NCBI GenBank assembly: GCA_963720755.1
Contig: CAVRGP010000015.1
Coordinates: forward strand, 480,001 to 544,000
Reading direction: 5' to 3'
DNA length: 64,000 nt
From: an uncultured Chloroflexia bacterium
GTDB lineage: Bacteria; Chloroflexota; Limnocylindria; Limnocylindrales; CSP1-4
Position 1 is the stretch's first letter, and every line of letters begins with the position of its first letter. The translations under genes were made by a program, and so were the position numbers. Positions 28,353 through 37,209 of the stretch are shown one piece after another. The notes under the pieces were generated by a model that did not search any database, was not told the origin of the DNA, and saw nothing but the letters and a program-made list of their open reading frames with translations.

Positions 28353-28429
28353 GGGCGGCTAGCTCAGCTGGTTAGAGCACTTGCTTGACATGCAAGAGGT
28401 CACTGGTTCGAGTCCAGTGTCGCCCACCA
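28353..28429 (+). tRNA. tRNA-Val(GAC)
   Basis: Cloverleaf: GGGCGGC/GTCGCCC acceptor, anticodon arm CTTGC-TTGACAT-GCAAG, GGTTCGAGTCC, encoded CCA; TAGAAT upstream. Confidence 0.97.
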
Positions 28430-28451
28430 CATCCCGGCAACGAGCCGGACA

Positions 28452-28682
28452 TATCGAAAGCGTCGAGCGGGACGCACCGCGCGAGGCGGACCCCCAGAGA
28501 GCCGGGTCATGGCTGCAAGCCCGACGGATCCACCCAGCAGCGGCACCACCCGCGAGTGGCCGGTGAACCGGCCCGGGCGTCGCCCGTTAGCGCGACCACG
28601 AGTGCGCCACCGGTTCGGTGGTGAAGGCGGGTGGGACCGCGGGAGTTGACCTCTCGTCCTGTCAAGGGATGAGGGGTCTTGT
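28452..28682 (+). promoter_or_regulatory. T-box riboswitch (Thr)
   Basis: Stem I AGAGA and GCTG motifs, specifier ACC at 28545-28547, T-box AAGGCGGGTGGGACCGCG at 28624-28641, terminator hairpin at 28648-28678; directly upstream of thrS. Confidence 0.88.
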
Positions 28683-28704
28683 GATTCTCAGGGAGGCCAG
28701 CCAG

Positions 28705-30555
28705 ATGAGCCACGAACAAGTCGCACACGACATCGTCGACGAGGTCGGCCTGGATGTACCGGAGCGCGGGTCGGCGGACGAACTGATGGACCATGGGGCC
28801 AGCGGCGAGCTCGGCCCGATGCGCCACTCTGCCGCGCACGTCCTTGCCGAGGCCGTGCTCGACCTCTTCCCGGGAACGAAGCTGGGGATCGGGCCGGTCA
28901 TCGATGACGGGTTCTACTACGACTTCCTTCTGCCCCGGCCGCTGACACCGGAGGACCTGCCGCGTCTCGAGGAGCGGATGCGAGCGAGCATCGCCGCCGA
29001 TCATCCGTTCGAGCTCAGCGAGCGGACACCGGCGGATGCCCGAGCCTTCCTGGTCGAACAGGACCAGCCGTTCAAGGTGGAGATCGTCGACGACCTGCTG
29101 GGGGCGGCGGCCAGCGGCGGATCGCCGATGCCACCGACCACGTTCTACCAGCAAGGTCCATTCATCGACCTCTGCCGCGGACCGCATGTGGCCTCGACCG
29201 GGGCGATCGGCCCGTTCAAGCTGCTGACGGTCGCCGGCGCGTACTGGCGGGGCGACGAGAAGCGCCCGATGCTGCAGCGCGTCTACGGCACGGCCTGGGC
29301 GACCCAGGACGAGCTCGATGCATTCCTGTGGCGGCGCGAGGAGGCCAGGAAGCGGGATCATCGCCGGCTCGGCGTCCAGCTCGACCTGTTCAGCTTCCAC
29401 GACGTCAGCCCGGGCTCGGCCTTCTGGCACCCGAAGGGCCAACGCCTGTGGCGAACGCTCGAGGCGGCGATGCGAGCGCTCCAGGAACGTCGAGGATACG
29501 AGGAGATCAGCACGCCGATCGTGGTGAGCGAGCGGTTATGGCAACAGTCTGGCCACTGGGACCTCTACCGGGACAACATGTTCCTGATCGAGTCCGAGGG
29601 GCAGACGTTCAGTCTCAAGCCGATGAACTGTCCGGAGAGTACCTACGTCTACCGCTCGCATCTGCGGTCGTATCGGGACCTGCCGCTTCGGTTCAGTGAG
29701 TTCGGCCGGCTGCATCGGAACGAGCGCTCGGGGACGCTGAGCGGCCTGACCCGCGTCCGCCAGTTCATCCAGGACGACGCCCATCTGTATGTCCGGCCCG
29801 ACCAGTTGACCGATGAGATCGAGGCGCTCCTCGGCGAGGTTCGCGAGTCGTATGCCTGGTTCGGCTTGGTGCCGCGCTTCGCGTTCGCGACGAAACCCGA
29901 CAAGGCGCTCGGCGACCCGGCCCTCTGGGAGCGCGCGGAACAGTTGATCCGCGAAGCCTTCGCGGCGGCCGATATCAGCTACGACCTCAAGCCGAAGGAC
30001 GGAACGTTCTACGCGCCCAAGATCGACATCTATATCGATGACGCGCTCGGTCGCGAGTGGCAGATGGCGACGATCCAGGTCGACCTGGTGATGTTGCCGG
30101 AGCAATTCGACCTGACCTATATCGATGAGACCGGCCAACCCCAGCGTCCGATCGCCATCCATCGGGCGATCTATGGATCACTCGAGCGGTTCATCGGCAT
30201 CCTCATCGAGCATTTCGCCGGTGCGTTCCCGCTCTGGCTGGCGCCGGTCCAGGCCGTCGTCATCCCCATCGCCGACCGCCACGCGGATGCCGGTCGCGAG
30301 CTGGCCGACGTCCTTCGGGCCCGCGGGCTTCGGGTCGAGGTGGACGTTTCGGACAATCGGATGCAGAACAAGATCCGGCTCGCCCAGGAACAGAAGGTCC
30401 CGTACATGCTGGTCCTCGGCGATCGGGAGATCGAGGCCAGGACCGTGGCACCTCGACCGCGAAACGCTGCGCGTGGTGATCAACAGGAGGCGATCCCGTG
30501 GTCGGAATTGGCCGACCGACTCGCGGCGGAGTCAAGCGCCCGAACGGTGGACTGA
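28705..30555 (+). CDS. thrS: Threonyl-tRNA synthetase
   Basis: RHSAAH, DLCRGPH, KPMNCP, GLTRVR, GSLERF; GGGAGG SD; no obvious N-terminal TGS domain. Confidence 0.97.
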   Translation: MSHEQVAHDIVDEVGLDVPERGSADELMDHGASGELGPMRHSAAHVLAEAVLDLFPGTKLGIGPVIDDGFYYDFLLPRPLTPEDLPRLEERMRASIAADHPFELSERTPADARAFLVEQDQPFKVEIVDDLLGAAASGGSPMPPTTFYQQGPFIDLCRGPHVASTGAIGPFKLLTVAGAYWRGDEKRPMLQRVYGTAWATQDELDAFLWRREEARKRDHRRLGVQLDLFSFHDVSPGSAFWHPKGQRLWRTLEAAMRALQERRGYEEISTPIVVSERLWQQSGHWDLYRDNMFLIESEGQTFSLKPMNCPESTYVYRSHLRSYRDLPLRFSEFGRLHRNERSGTLSGLTRVRQFIQDDAHLYVRPDQLTDEIEALLGEVRESYAWFGLVPRFAFATKPDKALGDPALWERAEQLIREAFAAADISYDLKPKDGTFYAPKIDIYIDDALGREWQMATIQVDLVMLPEQFDLTYIDETGQPQRPIAIHRAIYGSLERFIGILIEHFAGAFPLWLAPVQAVVIPIADRHADAGRELADVLRARGLRVEVDVSDNRMQNKIRLAQEQKVPYMLVLGDREIEARTVAPRPRNAARGDQQEAIPWSELADRLAAESSARTVD

Positions 30556-30710
30556 CGGAGGGTCTCGCCGGAGGCACGCTGAGCGCGACCGTCGGGTGGC
30601 CGACGCGGCCGTCGTGGAACGGCCTGTGCTATCCTCCCGCTTCGGCCGTGTCCGCGGTTCGCCGTGTGCCCGCGCCTCGAACGCACCACGCAGAATGAAG
30701 GGGATGGACC

Positions 30711-31586
30711 ATCAGTCGAGACCTGCGCATCAACCAGATGATTCGGATCCCACAGGTACGGGTCGTCGATGAAGAAGGTGCCCAGCTTGGGGTCATGCCC
30801 ACGCCACGGGCGCTCGAGATGGCGCAGGAACGCGGCCTGGATCTCGTCGAGGTCGCCCCGATGGCAGCGCCGCCGGTCGTCAAATTCCTTGATTTCGGTC
30901 AGTACAAATACGACCTGACGAAGCGCGAGAAGGAAGCCAAGCGAAAGCAGCGCTCGGTGACCTTCAAGGAGATCCGCCTCTCGCCAAAGATCGGAGTGGG
31001 GGACTTTGACACCAAGGTCCACCGGGCGATCGAATTCCTCGAGGACGGGGATCGGATCAAGGTGACCGTCCGCTTCCGCGGCCGGGAGCTGACCCACCCT
31101 GAACTCGGACGGAATATGCTCGCGAGGTTCGTGGACCGGGTCAAAGACCACGGGGTCGCCGAACGGACGCCCTTGCTCGAAGGCAAGTCGATGCACATCA
31201 CGATGGCATCGACCCACAAGCCCAAGACGCACGATGCGCCACCGACGCGACCCGACGAGCCGACGAAGGAGGAGCCGCTGGCTCCAGAGCCCGCCGTCGC
31301 CGAAGCGCCCGCGGCCGAAGCGACTGCCGCCCCGGCACCAGAGGCCGCGGCTCCGGCTCCTGAGGCGGTCGAGGTGGCGCCGGCCGCAGCTCCAGACCCC
31401 GCAGGGGCGGCAGCTGAACCCGCGGAGCCCGCGGCGAAGCCGGCCAGGCCGGCGGCGGCCAAGCCGGCAGCTCCAAAGGCTGCGACGACCAGGACCAAGC
31501 CGGACGTGGCCGGCGCGACGAAGACAGAACCGACCAAGAAAGCCATCAAGAAGCCGGCCGCCCAGCCGGTCGCATCAGGAGAGTGA
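30711..31586 (+). CDS. infC: Translation initiation factor IF-3, probable ATC start, long Ala/Pro/Lys-rich tail
   Basis: In-frame ATC AGT CGA GAC CTG CGC ATC AAC (xSRDLRINQMIR) after GAAGGGG; LDLVEVAP, VRFRGRE. Confidence 0.93.
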   Translation: MSRDLRINQMIRIPQVRVVDEEGAQLGVMPTPRALEMAQERGLDLVEVAPMAAPPVVKFLDFGQYKYDLTKREKEAKRKQRSVTFKEIRLSPKIGVGDFDTKVHRAIEFLEDGDRIKVTVRFRGRELTHPELGRNMLARFVDRVKDHGVAERTPLLEGKSMHITMASTHKPKTHDAPPTRPDEPTKEEPLAPEPAVAEAPAAEATAAPAPEAAAPAPEAVEVAPAAAPDPAGAAAEPAEPAAKPARPAAAKPAAPKAATTRTKPDVAGATKTEPTKKAIKKPAAQPVASGE

Positions 31587-31593
31587 GGCAACG

Positions 31594-31791
31594 GTGCCGA
31601 AGATGAAGAGCCACAAGACCGCCCAGAAGCGCATCGGCGTGACCGGTAGCGGCAAGTTCATCCGGGTCAAGGCCTGGCGAGGGCACCACCTCGAGATCAA
31701 GTCGTCCCGACGAACGCGCCGCTATGCCGGCAAGGCGATCCTCGGGACCGAGCATGCCAAGCAGGTCCGTCGCCTGCTTCCGTACCTCTAG
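31594..31791 (+). CDS. rpmI: 50S ribosomal protein L35
   Basis: [21 protein letters not shown]...LLPYL. Confidence 0.95.
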   Translation: MPKMKSHKTAQKRIGVTGSGKFIRVKAWRGHHLEIKSSRRTRRYAGKAILGTEHAKQVRRLLPYL

Positions 31792-31805
31792 GAGCGATCC
31801 ACTTC

Positions 31806-32156
31806 ATGGCACGAGTCAAGCGGGGCGTCACGTCCCATAAGCGTCACAAGCGTCTGATGCAGGACGCCGAGGGGCGCAAGGGCACCAAGTCGCGGCTGGT
31901 CAAACCCGCCCGGGAAGCCCTCCTCCACGCCCTGGCCTATGCGACCAGAGACCGCAAGCAGCGCAAGCGCCAGATGCGTGAGTTGTGGATCGTCCGGATC
32001 AACGCCGCGGCTCGCCAGAATGGCCTCACCTATGGCCAATTCATCGCCGGCCTCAAGAAGGCCGACGTGATCATCGATCGAAAGATCCTGGCCGACCTGG
32101 CCGTCCGTGACGCCGGGACGTTCGGCCGTATCGCGGAGCTCGCCAAGAGCGCCTGA
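31806..32156 (+). CDS. rplT: 50S ribosomal protein L20
   Basis: [29 protein letters not shown]. Confidence 0.97.
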   Translation: MARVKRGVTSHKRHKRLMQDAEGRKGTKSRLVKPAREALLHALAYATRDRKQRKRQMRELWIVRINAAARQNGLTYGQFIAGLKKADVIIDRKILADLAVRDAGTFGRIAELAKSA

Positions 32157-32264
32157 ATCGCGGCCGCAGCCAGCCACCACAGACGGACGCGGCCAGACTC
32201 GACGCCCTCGACGTCCATGACGATCGGGGGCTCGTGATTCAGGCCTCACCAGAGAAGGACCCAC

Positions 32265-33305
32265 GTGGATCTCGCAGACCTGACGCACGAGCTCGAAGCG
32301 CTCCGAGATGATGTCCTTGCGTCGGTCGCGGCCGCTCCGGATACGGCGGCACTCGACAGCCTGGAGCTGGACGTCCTGGGCAAGAAGGGTCGCCTGACCA
32401 CGGTCCTGCGAGGGATCGGAGGGCTCCCTCCGGACGACCGACCACGGGTCGGGGCCGTCGCGAACGTGGTTCGGTCCGCGCTGGAGCTGGCGATCGCCGA
32501 ACGTGGCGTCGAACTTCGTGGATCCGCGCTCGCCGCGCGACTGGCCGCGGAGACGATCGATGTGACGACGCCCGGCCGGCCGATCCGTCGCGGGACGTTG
32601 CACCCGAGCCTCGAGTCGATGGCGGAGATCGCCGAGATCTTCGGGCGGTTCGGGTTCCAGGTATTCGAGAGTCCCGAGGTCGAAGACGACCTGACGAACT
32701 TCCAAATGCTGAACATCCCGGAGGATCATCCGGCGCGCGATCTCTGGGACACCCTCTACGTGGACGTCGAGAACCACCTGCTGCGAACCCATACCTCGCC
32801 GGGCCAGATCCACGTCATGCGTTCGATCCAGCCTCCCATCCGGGCGTTGCTGCCCGGTCGCTGTTTCCGCTATGAGGCGGTCGACGCGTCCCATGCGTCT
32901 GAGTTCTTCCAGGTCGAGGGCCTCATGGTCGACGAGGGAACGACGATGGCCGACCTCAAGGGTTTGCTCCAGGCGTTCGCCGGGGCCATGTACGGGGTCG
33001 ACAAGAAGACGCGCTTTCGCCCGGGTTACTACCCGTTCACGGAACCATCCGTCGCCTTCGACGTCGAGTGCCTGGTGTGTGGCGGCGGGGGTTGTCCAGC
33101 CTGTGGCCGGAGCGGCTGGATGACGATCCTGGGGGCCGGCATGGTCCATCCCGTCGTCCTCCAATACGGCGGCCTCGATCCCGAGCGCTATCAGGGCTTC
33201 GCATTCGGCATGGGCCCGGAGCGGATGAAGATGCTCAGGCACGGGATCACGGATCTGCGGCTCTTCCTCGAGGATGACCTCCGTTTCCTGGAGCAATTTC
33301 GGTGA
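32265..33305 (+). CDS. pheS: Phenylalanyl-tRNA synthetase alpha subunit
   Basis: HPARD, LLRTHTSP, YPFTEPS, GFAFGMGPER. Confidence 0.97.
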   Translation: MDLADLTHELEALRDDVLASVAAAPDTAALDSLELDVLGKKGRLTTVLRGIGGLPPDDRPRVGAVANVVRSALELAIAERGVELRGSALAARLAAETIDVTTPGRPIRRGTLHPSLESMAEIAEIFGRFGFQVFESPEVEDDLTNFQMLNIPEDHPARDLWDTLYVDVENHLLRTHTSPGQIHVMRSIQPPIRALLPGRCFRYEAVDASHASEFFQVEGLMVDEGTTMADLKGLLQAFAGAMYGVDKKTRFRPGYYPFTEPSVAFDVECLVCGGGGCPACGRSGWMTILGAGMVHPVVLQYGGLDPERYQGFAFGMGPERMKMLRHGITDLRLFLEDDLRFLEQFR

Positions 33306-35791
33306 GAGTCCCACTCAGCTGGTTGCGCGACTACGTCGACGTCGATCTGGAGCCGGGTGTCCTTGCCGAACGCCTGACGCTGCTCGGCATGGAGGTCAGC
33401 GCGGTCGTCGAATGGGGTTCGGACTGGCGCAATGTCGTCGTCGGTGAGCTTGTCTCGGTCGAGCGCCACCCCCGCGCCGATCGGTTGTCGTTGACCCGGG
33501 TGCGCGTTGGTCCCGGCGACCCGCTCGAGATCGTCTGCGGCGCGACCAACATCGGGCCCGGCCAGCGCGTCCCGGTCGCCCTTCCCGGAGCGGTCCTGCC
33601 AGGCGATCGGCGGATCGAGCGGACCGAGAAGATGGGCGTCACGAGCAACGGGATGCTGTGCTCGGGTGAAGAGCTGGGCCTCACCACGGACGCCGATGGG
33701 ATCCTCATCCTGCCGACCGAAACCGGGATCGGCCTTGCGCTGACCGACCTGTATGGCGACGTCGTGCTGGATGTCGACGTCAAGCCCAACCGGGGCGATG
33801 CCCTGTCGATCGTCGGCCTGGCACGAGAAGTCGCCGCCATCACCGGCGGGCGATTGCGCTGGCCGTCGACCGATGTGACCGAAGCCGGAAGGCCGATCGA
33901 CGAACACCTGAGAGTCGAAGTGCGGGATCCGGACCTGTGCCCACGGTTCGTCGGCCGATGGATGGGTGGCGTGCGCGTCGGACCGTCGCCGGATCGGGTC
34001 CAGATGCGCCTGATGGCCGCCGGGCTTCGACCGGTCAGCAACGTCGTGGACGCGTCCAACTACGTCATGCTCGAACTCGGCAAGCCGATCCATACCTTCG
34101 ACGCAGCGGCCGTCCACGATGGGCGGATCATCGTCAGACGCGCCACGGCCGGCGAGCGCATCGAGACGCTCGATCACGTCGCGCGAACGCTGGACCCTGA
34201 CACGCTGGTCATCGCCGATCCGGACGGGCCGATCGGGATCGCCGGAGTGATGGGCGGTGCGGGCTCGGAGATCGGTGAGGCAACCGCGGAGATCGTGGTC
34301 GAGTCCGCCATCTTCGACCCGACCAGCGTCCGGCGGACGGCGTTTCGGTACGCCCTTCGTTCCGATGCCAGCCTTCGCTTCGAGAAGGGACAGGAGTGGC
34401 GTCTCGCCCGCATCGGCGCGGACCGAACGACCGCTCTCATCCACGCGTGGGCCGGTGGCGTCGTGGCCGCCGGGGTCGTCGACACCGCCCCGACCTCCCT
34501 CCCTGTGGCCAGCGTGGCATTCCGCCCCGCCCGGGTGAACCGCCTGCTCGGAACGGCGCTGGGAAGTGCGGACCAGCGGGCGTTGCTGGATCGGGTCGGC
34601 ATCGCGACCGACGAAGCTCCCGCCGGGACCCGCATCCGGGTCGCAGCCGGGACCAGGCCACTCGATGTCGATCCCGGAGTGGAGGAGGTCGTCCGCGCGA
34701 TCGTGCCGACCTGGCGGCGAGACCTTGCCGTGGAGGCGGACGTCGCCGAGGAGATCATCAGGATCCACGGCTACGACCTGGTTCCCGCCACCTTGCCGCA
34801 CACGCCGATGCCGCCATACCGCGACGACCCGCTGGTCGTGCGCACCGCGATCCGTCGGATGCTGATCGGTGCCGGGCTGACCGAAGCCGTCACCTCGGCA
34901 CTCATCGCACCGCAGGCCGCCGAGCGATTCCCGGCGCCAGACGACGGTGAGCTCGACGGAGAGCCCGAACAGCGCTTTGCCGGCCGCCCGATCGTCGTCA
35001 CGAATCCACTCTCCAGCCAGCACTCGGTCTTGCGACGGAGCCTGATCGGCAGCCTCCTCGAGGTCGTGTCCACGAATCTGCGTCACGGTCGGGACGCGAT
35101 CGCGATGTTCGAAGTGGGCAAGGGCTATGGCGCACCCAGCGACGTGACCACCCACGAGTGGTGGCGACTCGGGTTCGTGCTGACGGGTCCCTCCCAGCCC
35201 CTGGCCTGGGACCGACCCAGCCGTCCGTACGACCTCGATGATGCCAAGGGCATCATCGACCTGGTCTGCCGCGGCCTCGGGTACGCGACGCCGGCATTCC
35301 AGCCGATCACCGACGACCCGAACCTTCATCCGGGCCGCGCCGCTCATGTGTCGTCGGGTGGAGATCTCGTCGGCAGGCTCGGCCAGGTGCACCCGGCCGT
35401 CGCTGCCGAACTGGACCTGCGATCCGAGCACGTCTATGTCGCTGAATTGGCGATCCGCGGTCTTGCCGGCGGCCGACCTGCCGACTATCGGGTATCGGCG
35501 CCGTCGCACCAGCCCACCGTCCAGCGCGATCTGGCGGTGGTCGTGGCGGCCGACCGCGCGGCCGGGGATGTCGAGGCCGCCATCCGACGTCACGGAGGCC
35601 CGTTGCTTCGCGGAGTCGCACTGTTCGACATCTATCGCGGACAGCCACTGGCTGCGTCCGACAAGAGCCTCGCGTTTCGACTCAGCCTGCGGGACGACGA
35701 TCGCACCCTCAGTGAAGGGGAGGTCGACGCGGCCGTGGCCGCTGTCGTCGACGGTCTCGCGGCCGATCTCGGGGCGTCTATCCGCACCTGA
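33302..35791 (+). CDS. pheT: Phenylalanyl-tRNA synthetase beta subunit
   Basis: MRVPLSWL, IVCGATN, NRGDALS, RFEKG, FDIYRG..KSLAFR. Confidence 0.97.
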   Translation: MRVPLSWLRDYVDVDLEPGVLAERLTLLGMEVSAVVEWGSDWRNVVVGELVSVERHPRADRLSLTRVRVGPGDPLEIVCGATNIGPGQRVPVALPGAVLPGDRRIERTEKMGVTSNGMLCSGEELGLTTDADGILILPTETGIGLALTDLYGDVVLDVDVKPNRGDALSIVGLAREVAAITGGRLRWPSTDVTEAGRPIDEHLRVEVRDPDLCPRFVGRWMGGVRVGPSPDRVQMRLMAAGLRPVSNVVDASNYVMLELGKPIHTFDAAAVHDGRIIVRRATAGERIETLDHVARTLDPDTLVIADPDGPIGIAGVMGGAGSEIGEATAEIVVESAIFDPTSVRRTAFRYALRSDASLRFEKGQEWRLARIGADRTTALIHAWAGGVVAAGVVDTAPTSLPVASVAFRPARVNRLLGTALGSADQRALLDRVGIATDEAPAGTRIRVAAGTRPLDVDPGVEEVVRAIVPTWRRDLAVEADVAEEIIRIHGYDLVPATLPHTPMPPYRDDPLVVRTAIRRMLIGAGLTEAVTSALIAPQAAERFPAPDDGELDGEPEQRFAGRPIVVTNPLSSQHSVLRRSLIGSLLEVVSTNLRHGRDAIAMFEVGKGYGAPSDVTTHEWWRLGFVLTGPSQPLAWDRPSRPYDLDDAKGIIDLVCRGLGYATPAFQPITDDPNLHPGRAAHVSSGGDLVGRLGQVHPAVAAELDLRSEHVYVAELAIRGLAGGRPADYRVSAPSHQPTVQRDLAVVVAADRAAGDVEAAIRRHGGPLLRGVALFDIYRGQPLAASDKSLAFRLSLRDDDRTLSEGEVDAAVAAVVDGLAADLGASIRT

Positions 35792-35933
35792 CGACCTCGG
35801 ACCGGGTCACACTCAATCAGACTCCTCTTATCCATGACGCGTGGTGCGCATACCCTTGCGGCGTCCGAACGAGCGCTGCTACCCTTGCGCCGCCCGCGGC
35901 GCTGCCGGGGGAAGAGACGAGGAGGCGGACCGG

Positions 35934-36521
35934 GTGGATTTCCAGGGGTTCCTGAGTGGATTCTCGTCGTTCGACCTCTTGGTCGTCCTCTACTTCATCG
36001 GTTTCTTCGTGCTGGGGTTCGCCCAGGGGACGATCCGTCGTCTGATCGGGATCGCTTCGATCCTCTTCTCCTGGTTCCTGGCCGCCTTGCTTGCCGAGCC
36101 CGTTTCGAAATTCCTCGGAGACAACTGGACCCAGTTCCCGAGGGAATACAGCTACATGATCGGGTTCGCCACGATCTTCGTGGCCTCGGCCATCGCGTTC
36201 GCCCTGGTGGCCCAGGGGTTCTACAAGCCTCAGCCGCTGTTCAAGCGGGCGCGGTTCGCCGACGAGATCATCGGCGGCATCCTCGGCCTGGTGCAGGCCG
36301 GGATCATCTACGGCGCGGTCCTGATCATCCTGGACTCGTTCTTCCGGATCCCGGGGATCCAGCCCGATCCCCAGGAGCTACCGTTCCTGCGCGACCTGTG
36401 GACGGCGATGGACGGGTCGCAGTTCACCGATGTCTTCCGGAATACGCTGATCCCGGCTTTCTTCGTCCTGACCGGCCTGTTCGTGCCGGATAACATCGAA
36501 GCGTCCTACCCGTTCCACTGA
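35934..36521 (+). CDS. cvpA: CvpA family membrane protein
   Basis: GFAQG, DEIIGGILG, 4 TMs; GGAGG SD; lies upstream of mutS2. Confidence 0.8.
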   Translation: MDFQGFLSGFSSFDLLVVLYFIGFFVLGFAQGTIRRLIGIASILFSWFLAALLAEPVSKFLGDNWTQFPREYSYMIGFATIFVASAIAFALVAQGFYKPQPLFKRARFADEIIGGILGLVQAGIIYGAVLIILDSFFRIPGIQPDPQELPFLRDLWTAMDGSQFTDVFRNTLIPAFFVLTGLFVPDNIEASYPFH

Positions 36522-37198
36522 GCGTCCTCCGACGCTCGTTCCTGGCAGGCCCCACGCTCGTCGCGGCCAGGGGACTCATTGGGGCGCGGCTCGTTCGCGA
36601 CGATGAGACCGGCCGGCGCGTCGGTCGGATCGTGGAGGTCGAGGCGTACAGGGGACCCGAGGACCGGGCCTCCCATGCTCGCGCGGGCGAGACGCCGCGC
36701 AATCGGGTCATGTTCGGGCCACCCGGCATCGCCTACGTGTACCTTGTCTATGGGATGCATGACTGCCTGAACGTCGTGACCGAGCACGCGGGCACGCCGG
36801 CCGCACTGCTCATCCGTGCGATCGCCCCGCTCGAGGGTGCCGACCGGATGCGGATCGATCGGATCCTTCGCGCGACGTCACGACGGCGAGACGTCACGAC
36901 CGAGGCGGTCGCCGCGAGTGCCGACCGCCTGTCTCGCCTACCGGTCGACCGACTGGCCAGTGGTCCGGGCCTGGTCACCGCGGCCTTCGGCATCGACACC
37001 GGCTGGTCGGGCATGGATCTGTGCGACACCGATTCGCCACTGCGACTGGAGGAGCGGACCGAGACCGACCCGTCGCCGGTTGTCGCCGCAACGGCCCGGA
37101 TCGGCATCGACCACGCCGGACCGACCTGGGCCGCGAAGCCCTGGCGCTTTGTGGAGGTCGGGCACCCGTCGGTCTCAGGACCGCCCGTGCGCGGCTGA
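36518..37198 (+). CDS. mpg: DNA-3-methyladenine glycosylase (MPG/AAG family), probable CTG start
   Basis: GRIVEVEAY, YVYLVYGMHDCLNVV, SGPG, RIGI; family-like N-terminus extends to a CTGA overlap with cvpA. Confidence 0.9.
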   Translation: MSVLRRSFLAGPTLVAARGLIGARLVRDDETGRRVGRIVEVEAYRGPEDRASHARAGETPRNRVMFGPPGIAYVYLVYGMHDCLNVVTEHAGTPAALLIRAIAPLEGADRMRIDRILRATSRRRDVTTEAVAASADRLSRLPVDRLASGPGLVTAAFGIDTGWSGMDLCDTDSPLRLEERTETDPSPVVAATARIGIDHAGPTWAAKPWRFVEVGHPSVSGPPVRG

Positions 37199-37209
37199 GC
37201 ACAGCGCCC

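Noticed and set aside
28353-28450. tRNA-Val as an integration site
   Set aside because: No integrase and no duplicated tRNA 3' end seen; flanks are housekeeping genes.
31230-31580. Repetitive GC-rich tract considered as a tandem repeat or CRISPR
   Set aside because: It is low-complexity coding sequence of the IF3 tail, with no repeat-spacer structure.
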